Below the pieces are notes generated by a model. That model was given only the letters and a program-made list of their open reading frames with translations. It did not search any database and was not told the origin of the DNA. From Candidatus Hermodarchaeota archaeon (lineage in GTDB: Archaea > Asgardarchaeota > Lokiarchaeia > Sigyniarchaeales > SOKP01): 64,000 nt of DNA. Where the stretch lies: the NCBI GenBank assembly GCA_048885925.1, contig JBHLLG010000011.1:1200-65199 (forward strand). Reading direction: 5' to 3'. Below, in pieces: positions 19,470 through 29,600 of this stretch. The translations under genes and the position numbers were made by a program. Every line of letters starts with the position of its first letter. Positions within the stretch are counted from its first letter, which is position 1.

Positions 19470-20810
19470 TTAGAATTTAGTTTTCCTTTTAGAGATAAAT
19501 CTCCCTATAAATCCAATTATTATAAAACTAACAAGAATAGAAAAACCAATAATATAACTTATGTAATCTGGTGGTTCTGGTGGTTCTGGTTCAACGTCCT
19601 TAATTACAATTAAGTCTTTACATGCGACATTTCCTTTACCATCTCTAACATAGAATATGATTGTGATAAGACCTTTTTCCAGATTATTCCATGCCTCTTG
19701 GTTAATTACATCAATACCATCAGCAGAAATATACTCGCCATAAGAATCCGTCCCTGTTTTGAAATTTATTAAACTAAAAGTATAATTGGTTATTCCATTA
19801 TCTAATGTATACCATTGAGAAACAATACCCGAACTTAATCTTTCTACAATATAAAGATTAAAAGCTGGTGACGTTGTATTGAATATCTGATTTTCTTGAG
19901 GCTCTCTGATATGGATAGAAGGCGGTACAAAATCATCAAATATTAATGTATTATTTTCGATTATATTACCCTCGCAATAATGACCATTCACGCCCATTTC
20001 TTTAATGCTATATTGATAATAATGAACTATATTGTCAGTAATGTTATTGAAGTCAGATATCTCAAGTTCCATGCCCGTTTCAGAATGATCTATAAGATTT
20101 CCTTTTATAATATTATAATTACTATGATCTCGTAGATATATTCCCGTGCGACCGTAATTACCTATTAAACTATTATTTATAATCTGATTATTATCTGATC
20201 TCCATATACTTATTCCGCAATCTGTATTAATTCCGATATTATTCTCTTGAATTATAATATTTTCGCAATATGCTCCTACATAAATCCCATAATCACCATT
20301 ATTAAAACATGTATTATTTTTAACAATAATATTATTAGAGTAATACCATATTTCAATTCCATTATTCTGAACATTATCATAACAGATATTATTAATTATT
20401 AAACCATTTGAGGAGTTCCTTACCCATATTCCATTTCCGCCATAACCAACTATCCAACTACCATCTTCTTTCTTAATAGGCATCCTACCTGCTCCATGAA
20501 ATATACAATCCTTTATAATAAAAAACACGTTTGAACCGTCAATTTTTAAACAATGTTCTAACCCGTTAGTGAAATAATCGTAATCCGTATGTTCAATCTC
20601 TATATTTTCGATAATATACGGATTATTTACTGTTCCATTACCACTACACCATGATTGAGATATGGATAAATTATACCATCCTAAATTTCCATTGATAACG
20701 AATGGATCTACTTCAATTAATCCGTTCTCGGCTCTAATCGGCTGTATAAACAAAATCATACTAAAAACTATAAGCCCTAATACTAAAATTGTTTTTCTTT
20801 TCATTTTCAC
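19470..20810 (-). CDS. Cell-surface right-handed beta-helix (PbH1/NosD-like) repeat protein with C-terminal TM anchor
   Basis: Signal-like N-terminus. WCSGNGTVNNPYIIENIEI, then repeated N..I..N....GI units. PEPPEPP linker plus TM segment plus basic tail (RFISKRKTKF). Confidence 0.7.
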   Translation of the reverse strand: MKMKRKTILVLGLIVFSMILFIQPIRAENGLIEVDPFVINGNLGWYNLSISQSWCSGNGTVNNPYIIENIEIEHTDYDYFTNGLEHCLKIDGSNVFFIIKDCIFHGAGRMPIKKEDGSWIVGYGGNGIWVRNSSNGLIINNICYDNVQNNGIEIWYYSNNIIVKNNTCFNNGDYGIYVGAYCENIIIQENNIGINTDCGISIWRSDNNQIINNSLIGNYGRTGIYLRDHSNYNIIKGNLIDHSETGMELEISDFNNITDNIVHYYQYSIKEMGVNGHYCEGNIIENNTLIFDDFVPPSIHIREPQENQIFNTTSPAFNLYIVERLSSGIVSQWYTLDNGITNYTFSLINFKTGTDSYGEYISADGIDVINQEAWNNLEKGLITIIFYVRDGKGNVACKDLIVIKDVEPEPPEPPDYISYIIGFSILVSFIIIGFIGRFISKRKTKF

Positions 20811-21073
20811 ACTCGCATATTAATAATATAAATTTTCTTATTTTCTAGAAATTCTGATTAATTATAATTTCTGCAAGAATTTCAAATGTCTTCTCTACAT
20901 TTAACGCAATTTTTTTTTGTAATAGGAATTTATTACCTACTTTTATAAGACATTTTACCTAATATGTATTATTTTTTTATTAAATTAAAAAAAGAAGATA
21001 ATCAGGATTTATACTTTCTATTTATGAAGTTTTTTCCTGATAGATTGAATATTCTTTTATCTCAGGGTTAAAA

Positions 21074-22141
21074 TCAAGAATTTTCTCTAATAATTTTCTT
21101 AAAGTTATAACATTCAAGTTTACCATCAGGCGAGATTAGTTGGATTCTATTTCCATCTGGTTGTTCTTCAAAATCCAGTGGAACCCTAAATGACCAAGAA
21201 GGAAATACTCTTCTTTCTACGAGAGCACTACGTTCAGCTTCCTTTTTATTCTGCTCGTTTGACCAATCTTTAATTTGCGAAATGGCTTCATCTTCATTAC
21301 CTGCAAATGCAATATCCACTTTTCCTGTAGACATAGCTTTCCTCATTGCCCATCCAGCTTTTTCCGTGTTGCCCATCTTATTGTATACATCATGGAGATC
21401 CATCCATGCTTTAACGATACTAGAATCAAGTTTTAAGCCTTCTTGAATAGCATTCGCAGCTTGTTTTAATTTTCCAACTTCTGAGAGTGTAGTACCATAA
21501 TGAAACCAATACGGAGGAACTTTTGAATTCAGTTTCAATGCTTTCTCAAATGCTTTTAATGCTTTTTTTAAATCACCGCTATTCTTATAGGTAATTCCAA
21601 GTTCAGCCCAGGCTTCAGCAAAATTAGGATCAATCGTTAAAGCCTGTTCATATGCTTTTATCGCTTCCTTGTATTGTCTATTTTCTTCCAATGCAGAAGC
21701 TAATTATCTCCATCCATCTAAACGATTTGGGTCAAGCTTCACACACTTCTGAAATACGTCAATTGCGGGAATATAATCACCTTTTCCAATATATGCCATT
21801 CCAAGGGAGTACCATGGACTAGGATTATTTGCATCTAAATCGATAGCTTTTTTACTTGTCTCAATAGAGAGATCAAACTGGTTAGTCTCCATATACATAT
21901 GCCCTAAATTTGTCCACACTAAGGAATTCTTAGGATTTTTCTCTATGCACTTTTTACATGTGTCGATAGCCATATCTAGCCGTCCTATAGAGCGGTAGAT
22001 AGCCCCTAGAAGCATCCATGCTCCCACAAACTGTGGTTCTTCATTTATTTTCTTTTCAAGTAATTCGAAGGCTTGATTTGTTTGCCCCGTAGACATCAAT
22101 TGTTGTATTTTTTTTTGCAATTCTAATTCTTTAAAACTCAT
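21074..22141 (-). pseudogene. TPR-repeat gene interrupted by one in-frame TAA (or a recent gene fission)
   Basis: ORFs 21704..22141 and 21074..21691 share one frame and lie 12 nt apart. Read-through gives ...DPNRLDGWR*LASALEENRQYKEAIKAYEQALTIDPN, so a single TPR unit straddles the stop at 21704-21706. Confidence 0.55.
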
Positions 22142-22252
22142 ATTATTGTCTTTTAGTAGTTATTAATAATTTGAATTAAATCAATTTTATAAAAATTTAT
22201 ATTTCCCTTCTAATCTCGTAAATTTTCGTATACTATACATAATCATGATTGA

Positions 22253-23017
22253 TTATGTTTCATTATTCTTTAGGTCTCTGAGTTGAGATATGGCATGCTC
22301 ACCATAGTTAATAACCAATTCAAGGAATTCTCGATATCCTGTTGCTGATGCAATATTTTCTGGTATACTTTCCTTCAACTCAGGATTATTAGTAAATCTC
22401 ATGGTAATTGGCAATATTTGTCGTCTCTTACTAAATATAAACCTATAGGAAGTGAATTCTTCCATTAACTCACTAAAATGATCATATTTTTTAATAAGAG
22501 CAATAAATTTTTTCTTATTATCATCTGTTAACTCTTTGAACCAGTTAGGAAGATAAAGTGGTTCACAATATTTAAGTAGTGGATCTAACTTTTCAGTAAT
22601 TTGGTTTATAAAATATCTCTCATACCATGTGTCTAAAAAAGCTTCTTGGAATTGATCCCAGGTAACCAACTCTAAATTTGTAAACTCTGATGCTTTAAAT
22701 GCACCTGTTTGAAATCCAACCATACTGATAATATAACCGATATTCGCACCAATATCTGTCAATACTGTTCTGAAACTATGAATTATTTGTTGAGGAACTC
22801 TATTTTGCCAATATTTACACTCACATATTATGATATATTTCCTTCTATCAATTATTTCTTCAGCATAAACGTCAATTTCAACTTCACCTCTTACATGTTT
22901 AATTACCTTCTCTATCTCAACAGAGAATCCACATTCTTCTAATATTTTTGCTACTTCATTTTGAAGTTCTTGCCAGTTTTTAGGTTCTTTAGATGTAATC
23001 ATATGATATTTACTCAA
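22253..23017 (-). CDS. Mrr-like (type IV) restriction endonuclease domain protein
   Basis: WQELQNEVAKILEECGFSVE...GEVEIDVYAEE...YIIICECKYWQNRVPQQIIHSF...GYIISMVGFQTGA is the Mrr_cat pattern (D...E.K core). The start is ambiguous: TTG at 23017 or ATG 15 nt downstream at 23002. Confidence 0.7.
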   Translation of the reverse strand: MSKYHMITSKEPKNWQELQNEVAKILEECGFSVEIEKVIKHVRGEVEIDVYAEEIIDRRKYIIICECKYWQNRVPQQIIHSFRTVLTDIGANIGYIISMVGFQTGAFKASEFTNLELVTWDQFQEAFLDTWYERYFINQITEKLDPLLKYCEPLYLPNWFKELTDDNKKKFIALIKKYDHFSELMEEFTSYRFIFSKRRQILPITMRFTNNPELKESIPENIASATGYREFLELVINYGEHAISQLRDLKNNET

Positions 23018-23299
23018 ATGTTTTTAATATTTTAATTTCAATATGGTTAATCTATTGCTTTTTCTTGCCATAATTCATTAAATGAATATTAGACTAATAA
23101 TTTGCATTTATTCTCTCCTGAAAAAAAGGCATTCATGAAAAACCAAGAAATCATCTTGCAGAGGGAAGACACATAGGGATTATTTATGGGATTTATCAAA
23201 TTTTTATTTGATTAACAAATTAAATTTATTCTATATCAACGTTTTTTCTTTTAATTTTATCTTTTATTAGTAAATTAGAAAAATTAGCTTCTTAAAGTA

Positions 23300-24574
23300 T
23301 TATGTAACGTCGATTGATTCCCCACACTTAGGACAAACGATCTTCTTCTTTTTAGGATCTATATATCGCACCACAGTGTTACATTTTCGGCAAAACGTTC
23401 CTTTAGATCCCTTATCATATTTATTTCCTATGCAAATATTAACTCGGTCTAGTTCCACATATTCAGGAGCACTTTCCTTCATGAATCTTGTAGCAAACTC
23501 ATCAGGACCATTACCCATAAGAAAATCCATTTCTTCCCGATAAATTGGCATAACTTGAAGAAAATATACTGGTTTACGTCCAATTAGCAATTCACAGAAA
23601 GTGGGAGACAATTCTTTATAAGGAAACTTAAACAAAAATGCACATAATTTAGTATTGTTAGCAAAAGGTACCGGAGGATGCCCGTTTCCAAAAGTATGCC
23701 CTATTGAGAACCATTGCCGATTTCCATGTACGTATTTAACCAATCTAAATAATTTATCGATTACCCAGTAATATTTATCTTTTTTTACTGATTTTAGAGG
23801 TAAAGGCCAATCTGGTGATAACAACATAAACAATTCAGCACAGGTAGGTTCTGCCATTGAAGGTGCCATCATTGGATATGCACTCATACCAGAGGTAACC
23901 AACACCCCATACTTTCTGTGATCATCAGGAGGAACAATATGCAACTTTATGGGAATCTGAGGAATTTCATTATCGGTCAAAGTGTTATTAATCTTTCCAA
24001 TATTGGCCTCTATATGTGTTGTAATAAATTGGGTTTCTATTTGAGATATTTTTATTTGTAAGGGATTAGCTTTTTTAAGAGCTTTTTCACGAGATATTTT
24101 ACCATCGTTCATCTGTTTCACAATATCATCTTTCTGTTTTGATATTTTCAGCAATTCTGCAAGTATGGGATCAGTTTGATAAACGTTTTCCTGACCAAAG
24201 TATTCATACTTTCTGCCTTCCATCATTCTTTGGTACGATTGTAAAGAGACTAATATTGAATTTTGAGGATCATGGAATGTATGTTTATTCACATCAATTC
24301 GCTCATAAATTGTTGCCTCCGGAGCGTGAGATACTTTAAACCTAATAAACTCTCGAAATGCGCTCTTTATCGAATCTACACTTAATGCTTTTTTATTTGG
24401 AAGATCGTCAATTAAATCCGGATATGTGTAGGGAGCAAATTTAGACACAATACAATTATTTCCCTCCTTACCTTCTTTATCATCGAAGATATCGAAGTCT
24501 CTCGGATCTCCATATACACGTCTTTTTTCAAACTCTATTGCTAATTGATCGAAATCATTATAGTCGATCAACAT
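23300..24574 (-). CDS. SUFU-like (suppressor-of-fused family) domain protein with C-terminal zinc ribbon
   Basis: YGVLVTSGMSAYPMMAP...AELFMLLSPDWPL...YYWVIDKLFRLVKYVHGN..WFSIGHTFGNG...FLFKFP resembles bacterial SUFU-family proteins. The tail is CRKCNTVVRYIDPKKKKIVCPKCG. Confidence 0.5.
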   Translation of the reverse strand: MLIDYNDFDQLAIEFEKRRVYGDPRDFDIFDDKEGKEGNNCIVSKFAPYTYPDLIDDLPNKKALSVDSIKSAFREFIRFKVSHAPEATIYERIDVNKHTFHDPQNSILVSLQSYQRMMEGRKYEYFGQENVYQTDPILAELLKISKQKDDIVKQMNDGKISREKALKKANPLQIKISQIETQFITTHIEANIGKINNTLTDNEIPQIPIKLHIVPPDDHRKYGVLVTSGMSAYPMMAPSMAEPTCAELFMLLSPDWPLPLKSVKKDKYYWVIDKLFRLVKYVHGNRQWFSIGHTFGNGHPPVPFANNTKLCAFLFKFPYKELSPTFCELLIGRKPVYFLQVMPIYREEMDFLMGNGPDEFATRFMKESAPEYVELDRVNICIGNKYDKGSKGTFCRKCNTVVRYIDPKKKKIVCPKCGESIDVT

Positions 24575-24822
24575 AATTTTTGTCTTTTTTATTTTTATTA
24601 AATTTCAATTAATTTTAAAACATAAAAACATTGTGAAAAAAGTTATGTTACTATACCTATAGTATATCTGTATATTATGGAGATAGGGTATTATACTGAA
24701 GATAAAGAAGTCGCAATTAGAGAAGGATTTGCGTGCTTAGATGAAGATGGAAGAGAACTTCTTGAACTTCGCTCAGGCGATCATGTATTCATCTAATTTA
24801 AGAAAATAATGGAGAATGAAAA

Positions 24823-25224
24823 ATGGCAGGATTAGACAGAATGTATGATACTCGTGGAGATATTGAGTATTATATTGCGCACAAAATTAGGGAATTATTG
24901 GAAGAACCAATGAATGAACTACAAGATCCAAACTGGGTACAAGCGGCTACACTCTTTGAACAATTGATATTACCCTTAGATATCTATATAGTGGAGGGGT
25001 TGCTTAATTTGGCAAATGATATTGTTAAAAAGGCAGAGGAGCATAATAATCGAGTGGTCTATAAAGATATTTCCCCAAGGCTGTATAATCAAGTGGTAAT
25101 CGATTCACCTTCTCTTGATATAAATAATTTGCCTGTGGGTGTTAATATCATAGACTATAATCATATCATTGATAATATTAAGAAATGGATAGAGCACCAA
25201 AAAGAGCTAAAAGAAAGCCTATAA
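24823..25224 (+). CDS. Hypothetical protein
   Basis: 133-aa ORF with an ATG start. No recognisable motif. Confidence 0.4.
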   Translation: MAGLDRMYDTRGDIEYYIAHKIRELLEEPMNELQDPNWVQAATLFEQLILPLDIYIVEGLLNLANDIVKKAEEHNNRVVYKDISPRLYNQVVIDSPSLDINNLPVGVNIIDYNHIIDNIKKWIEHQKELKESL

Positions 25225-25513
25225 AATGTAACTTAATAATTTAAAGATATTACAAATTTCTAATTTTTCAAACTTGTGTACTTTAAATATGTTACTAGAT
25301 ACATATAGCAATAAAGTTGAATCTCTAATTCATGAAAGTGGAGTTGATCTCGAAAAAATCAAAAGAGAATTAAACTCATTTCCAAAATCCATCCCACCAC
25401 CAGTATATAAAAGTCTCTTTATATACCCAAACCAATGTGGAACTCTTGATCCTTGTTTATGAAGATTCTAATCGCTTGTGGTGAGCAATTATTTCTTAAA
25501 CATCAAGAGTTCC

Positions 25514-25723
25514 TCATCCTTTTTTCTTATCGAATGTAAATTTTAAGGCTTTTTGATTAGGTTCCATAAGTTTCCAAGATTCCTCTGTCTTTCTTTTAAA
25601 TCGGATAGCCATTTTTTTCTCATAACAATAGCGACAATTGTTTGAGCATCCGAAATAACAGTTAACATTACTATCTGCCCATTCTTTTGTTCCTAAAGTA
25701 ATTTTTCGAGATTTGATTTTCAT
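25514..25723 (-). pseudogene. N-terminal fragment of a radical SAM enzyme
   Basis: A 69-aa ORF carrying the canonical cluster motif GCSNNCRYCY (CX3CX2C) and then stopping. The downstream minus-strand frames hold only short broken reading frames. Confidence 0.45.
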
Positions 25724-25918
25724 CTATTTAATTGATCACCTATTAATATAAAGAAAAAACATAAAATAATAACTAGAGTCTAATTCTTTTTTATTTTATT
25801 ATAAAATAGTCATAATAGTATAAAAAATGCAGATTTTTTTTGGGATAAGATTAAATTTCCACAAACCATAATATAGAAGTAGCGAAAAATAAAAAAAAAC
25901 AAAAAAAAGGGAAAAAAA

Positions 25919-26152
25919 ATGGAATATAAAGTATTAAGAATCTTAGTAATAATTTCAATGATTTTTGGAGTTATTATGTTTTCTGTTTTTTTGGGTTTAA
26001 TGGCTGGAGATTATCAAGGATACTATGCGCGTTCTGATGTACTTTTAATTATTATTTTTTATTCTTGTGCGCTTTTTTCGTTATTTGCTTTTGATGTGTG
26101 TCCATTATTATATTTAAGAAAGAAAAATAAACAACAACAAAAAGTAATTTAA
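25919..26152 (+). CDS. Small two-TM membrane protein
   Basis: 77 aa. Two hydrophobic helices and a basic C-terminal tail (RKKNKQQQK). Confidence 0.35.
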   Translation: MEYKVLRILVIISMIFGVIMFSVFLGLMAGDYQGYYARSDVLLIIIFYSCALFSLFAFDVCPLLYLRKKNKQQQKVI

Positions 26153-26337
26153 AAAACCAAAAAGTTTTAACATCTAATATTTTTTATTTTTTTAATTTAG
26201 AGTCTGATTTTTTGGGTTTAAAATAAGCAATTTTAGAATAAAATTTTTTTTTGTAGTCTTATAGACCATAAATGAAGTAGATTGATACTCCTAATAGCAA
26301 ATATCCCTTTCCTTGATATTCTTTAAAAACTTCTGTT

Positions 26338-26856
26338 CTATGTGGAAGAATCTCGATATCTATCGATAGCCTTTGTCCCTATTAGTGTTATAAACGCGCT
26401 CAGATAAATCCCAATTACACCAAAACCAGGATAATGTCCCCACCAAGAAAACGAAAAATAGTTCCATACTGATATAGTAATGATTAACAGAATGGATAAT
26501 AAGTACCATGTACGCTTGACTTCTTTAAACTCTTCTTTCCCAATTCCATTCATGATAGCTAAAATAATAAGCATAATAGCACAAATCATTATTAAAATTG
26601 AACAAATTATTGAAAAGTATAAAATCCAACTATATAAACCTCCTATAGAAAACCAAGTTGGGTTGTACCCAACATTCTTATCGAGAACCAAACCCCAAAT
26701 CCAAATATAAGTGTATTCTCCAGTGGGTTCATCGAGGCTGATGAACCATGCGGGTGTGGTAAGTGCTATTAAAGAAAGAACTCCACCAATAAAAGGAGCG
26801 ACCCAAGAAAGATTTCTTTTTTTAGATTTCTTCTCTTTTTCAGAAATATTTTTCAC
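26338..26856 (-). CDS. Polytopic membrane protein
   Basis: 172 aa with a GTG start. Four hydrophobic segments, Trp/Tyr-rich loops. Confidence 0.55.
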   Translation of the reverse strand: MKNISEKEKKSKKRNLSWVAPFIGGVLSLIALTTPAWFISLDEPTGEYTYIWIWGLVLDKNVGYNPTWFSIGGLYSWILYFSIICSILIMICAIMLIILAIMNGIGKEEFKEVKRTWYLLSILLIITISVWNYFSFSWWGHYPGFGVIGIYLSAFITLIGTKAIDRYRDSST

Positions 26857-27013
26857 CTTTCATTAGATTTCTCAAGTTCAAAAAAAAATATTCGATTAAT
26901 AGTCAATAAAAGGATATAATAATTCTTATACCTTTATGTAAAAAATTTAATATTATTTAAAAATTTCTAAGGCTTCATGTTATGCATTGTACTTCCCTTT
27001 TAAATTAGGGGGC

Positions 27014-28507
27014 TCAAAAAAAGATTTCTTTCTTGACTTTTCCTTCAGTAAATTTTATCTCTTTTACACCCTCTTTCATGGCTTTTTTATTATAGAAAAA
27101 CCCAATCACTATTATAACAATTGCAACGACGACAATGGGGATCACTATGGTTAATACAATTTCATGAGGATAAAGAGGGCATTTTTCTTGAGTACCTTGA
27201 ATATCCTCAATATTATTACTAAAAGAGTTATTAGAGATATCATTACATTTAGATTCGTATATCAGAATACCAATATTATTATTATTAATTATGTTCTCTT
27301 GAATAATATTGCTGTTGCTCTTGTTTAGAATTATTGCAATTTCATTGTAATTAAGGGTATTTTCTGAAATTTCATTTTTATTATTACTCTCTAAATATAT
27401 CCCTAAAGAATTGTTTTTTATCTTATTTCCCGTAATAGTCATGCTATTGCTCTGACTTAGATGAATTCCATTCCGATAATTGTAATTTGCTATATTTTCC
27501 CAAATTTTGTAAGCATCGCTCTGAAATAAATTGATTCCATCCCGATCGTTGTAATTTGCTATATTTCCCCAAATGTAGTTGTCATCGCTCTGAAATAGAT
27601 TAATTCCATCCTGCTCATTGTAATTTACTATGTTATGTGATATTGTGTTTCCTTTACTTTCATGAAAATCCCATAGCGATCCTCCATTATCAGAGATCAT
27701 ATTTCTATTGCTGGAAACTAAAATCCCATGAATTTTATTGTTATTTGCGGTGTTTTGTGATATTTGATTTCTCCTGCTTCGAAAAATATGAATACCATAG
27801 TTATTATTGTTATTTGCGGTGTTTCCCGATACCTCATTATCCCTTCCACCCCATATGTAAATACCAATACCATTGAAACTTGCGTTGTTTACTGATATCT
27901 CATTATCATTATTATCAGTCCCAACACAACAGATACCAATATCATTATAACTTGCATTATTTCCCGAAATAATGTTTTTATTACTATAGGATAAAAATAT
28001 CCCCTCCGAATTTTCATTAATAGCGTTTTCTAAAATAATATTATTATCACTATCCCATGAATATATACCATTAGAATTGAGAGTGCAATTGTTATCGACT
28101 AATATTCCATTTTCTACATGATGTAATTTAATTCCCACATCAGAATTAAATAAAATATTGTTCTCAATCTTAAAATAGACATTGGAATATTCAATTGTGA
28201 TGCAATTTCCCGAACCTCCGCCATCAATTATTAAATCTTTTATGACATAAGGATCAGAATAAGTACCTGAACCCGTGCAATTTCCATCGTTTTTAAAATC
28301 TACCCACCCCGAATTATTGATGATATGAATTTTTCCTGATATCTTTGAGATTTTTAAATTTTTATTATCTAAATTAATCTCTGTGCTATATTCTGTACTT
28401 TTATAGCCATTTTTCCCATAAAAACTAAGATTATTGTTAATTAGGAGTGATAAAGCAAGCAAGATTCCTATCGTTATAGATAATGCTATTATTGAATTCG
28501 ATTTCAA
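27014..28507 (-). CDS. Cell-surface beta-helix (PbH1/NosD-like) repeat protein with C-terminal TM anchor
   Basis: TTG start and signal-like N-terminus. CTGSGTYSDPYVIKDLIIDG, then about 15 units of 22-23 aa (N.a..N..GI.l..s..N.i..N). TM segment IVIPIVVVAIVIIVIGFFY near the C-terminus. Confidence 0.7.
   Translation of the reverse strand: MKSNSIIALSITIGILLALSLLINNNLSFYGKNGYKSTEYSTEINLDNKNLKISKISGKIHIINNSGWVDFKNDGNCTGSGTYSDPYVIKDLIIDGGGSGNCITIEYSNVYFKIENNILFNSDVGIKLHHVENGILVDNNCTLNSNGIYSWDSDNNIILENAINENSEGIFLSYSNKNIISGNNASYNDIGICCVGTDNNDNEISVNNASFNGIGIYIWGGRDNEVSGNTANNNNNYGIHIFRSRRNQISQNTANNNKIHGILVSSNRNMISDNGGSLWDFHESKGNTISHNIVNYNEQDGINLFQSDDNYIWGNIANYNDRDGINLFQSDAYKIWENIANYNYRNGIHLSQSNSMTITGNKIKNNSLGIYLESNNKNEISENTLNYNEIAIILNKSNSNIIQENIINNNNIGILIYESKCNDISNNSFSNNIEDIQGTQEKCPLYPHEIVLTIVIPIVVVAIVIIVIGFFYNKKAMKEGVKEIKFTEGKVKKEIFF
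27465..27650. repeat. Tandem 69-bp (23-codon) repeat inside the beta-helix gene
   Basis: The string 'attccat' recurs at 27465, 27534 and 27603. Units 1 and 2 share long identical runs (ttgtaatttgctatatt..., catcgctctgaaata). They encode ...NYNEQDGINLFQSDDNYIWGNIANYNDRDGINLFQSDAYKIWENIANYNYRNGIHLSQS. Confidence 0.7.
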
Positions 28508-28844
28508 TTGATTTCATCTTGTAAACTTTATTGTACAATAATAGAATTGTTCCCTTATACATAAAAAGATTGTGTCGTAAAATGGGGTCATATGACAAGA
28601 AAATAGTGGTAATTAATTAGAAATAGGGGTAAATTTGAACAAGAGTTTAAAGACTTTCTTTTTTAATTGAAAAAATTACCTAGCAAATACAAATTTTAAG
28701 GGAGAAATTTCACAGAAAAGTGGGACATTTTAAGACTTCACGCTTTCTTCTGCTTGTTTTTAATAGTTTTAAGGAACTGGGAAGTCTTATGTTGGTAGAA
28801 CTCAACGATTTCTAGGGACACCTACTTATCGTCCTTATTCTTCG

Positions 28845-29147
28845 ATGTCTATTAGGTTTGAAGAGGAACTCGACATAGCATTTAATACTAAAAAAGCTGA
28901 ATTAAGGAAGAAATATAATGAATTTTATCTAGATTCAATGGAGCTTGAGATAGTCGATATTCAATTACTTGGTAATAATTTTGATGATGATTCTATTAAG
29001 ATAAAACAGTTAGAAGATTATTGGATTGATTATAGGCGAATCCAAGGGGAAAATTTATACAATATAGCCGGAGGTGAATCTGGTGCGATATCAGCCTCTT
29101 CATCATCATCTAATATCTCGAAACTGCTTCTTCCCATAAGTTATTGA
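28845..29147 (+). CDS. Hypothetical protein
   Basis: 100-aa ORF with a Ser-rich tail. No motif recognised. Confidence 0.3.
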   Translation: MSIRFEEELDIAFNTKKAELRKKYNEFYLDSMELEIVDIQLLGNNFDDDSIKIKQLEDYWIDYRRIQGENLYNIAGGESGAISASSSSSNISKLLLPISY

Positions 29148-29600
29148 TATTTCTTTTGTTTTTATTATCCTATTTTATTATTGGAAATTCTCCTTTATAT
29201 TTCAATATGGATAAGTTACTTTATGATTTTTTTTAAATATATATAAATATATATAATTGGAATATAAATAAAGTCATCATTGTCCATGATATAGATCTTA
29301 GCATAAGATTTAAATATATTATTATATCTAGATATATAGATAAATATATTAATAATATAAATTAAACCTAAATCAAATAAAAATAATTTCAAAAAATGAC
29401 TTTAAAAGAGTTATATGAAATTGTAATGACAATCATTGGACTTTCTGGTTTAGTTGCTCTAGCTGTTGTTATATTGGTTATTACAGGACTATTCGTTTAG
29501 ATTTTTTATTTGTAAAGATTTAGCTTATATATTATGAAATTTTTCTTTTTTAATATATATAAAATATTTATGAATCTTTAATAGATTTTAAGTTAAAAAA

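Noticed and set aside
24677-24796. A 39-aa ORF (MEIGYYTEDKEVAIREGFACLDEDGRELLELRSGDHVFI) upstream of 24823..25224, considered as an AbrB/SpoVT-like antitoxin.
   Set aside because: Only the C-terminal 'l.l..GD.v.i' string resembles a swapped-hairpin domain. The ORF is too short for the fold, and the downstream gene has no toxin-like motif.
25274-25462. 62-aa plus-strand ORF with a TTG start.
   Set aside because: No motif and a weak start. It lies in the stretch that probably holds the decayed remainder of the radical-SAM gene on the other strand.
25781-26235. Short similar strings (tagagtct[a/g]att..., gatttttt(tt)ggg...) on both sides of the small gene 25919..26152, considered as target-site duplications or insertion scars.
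   Set aside because: The matches are short, gapped and T-rich. They are compatible with chance in this composition.
29221-29360. An (AT)n / 'atatataaatatatata' low-complexity tract considered as a repeat array, CRISPR array or replication origin.
   Set aside because: There is no regular repeat-spacer periodicity, no ORB-like inverted repeats and no adjacent cdc6/orc1. This is ordinary AT-rich spacer in such a genome.
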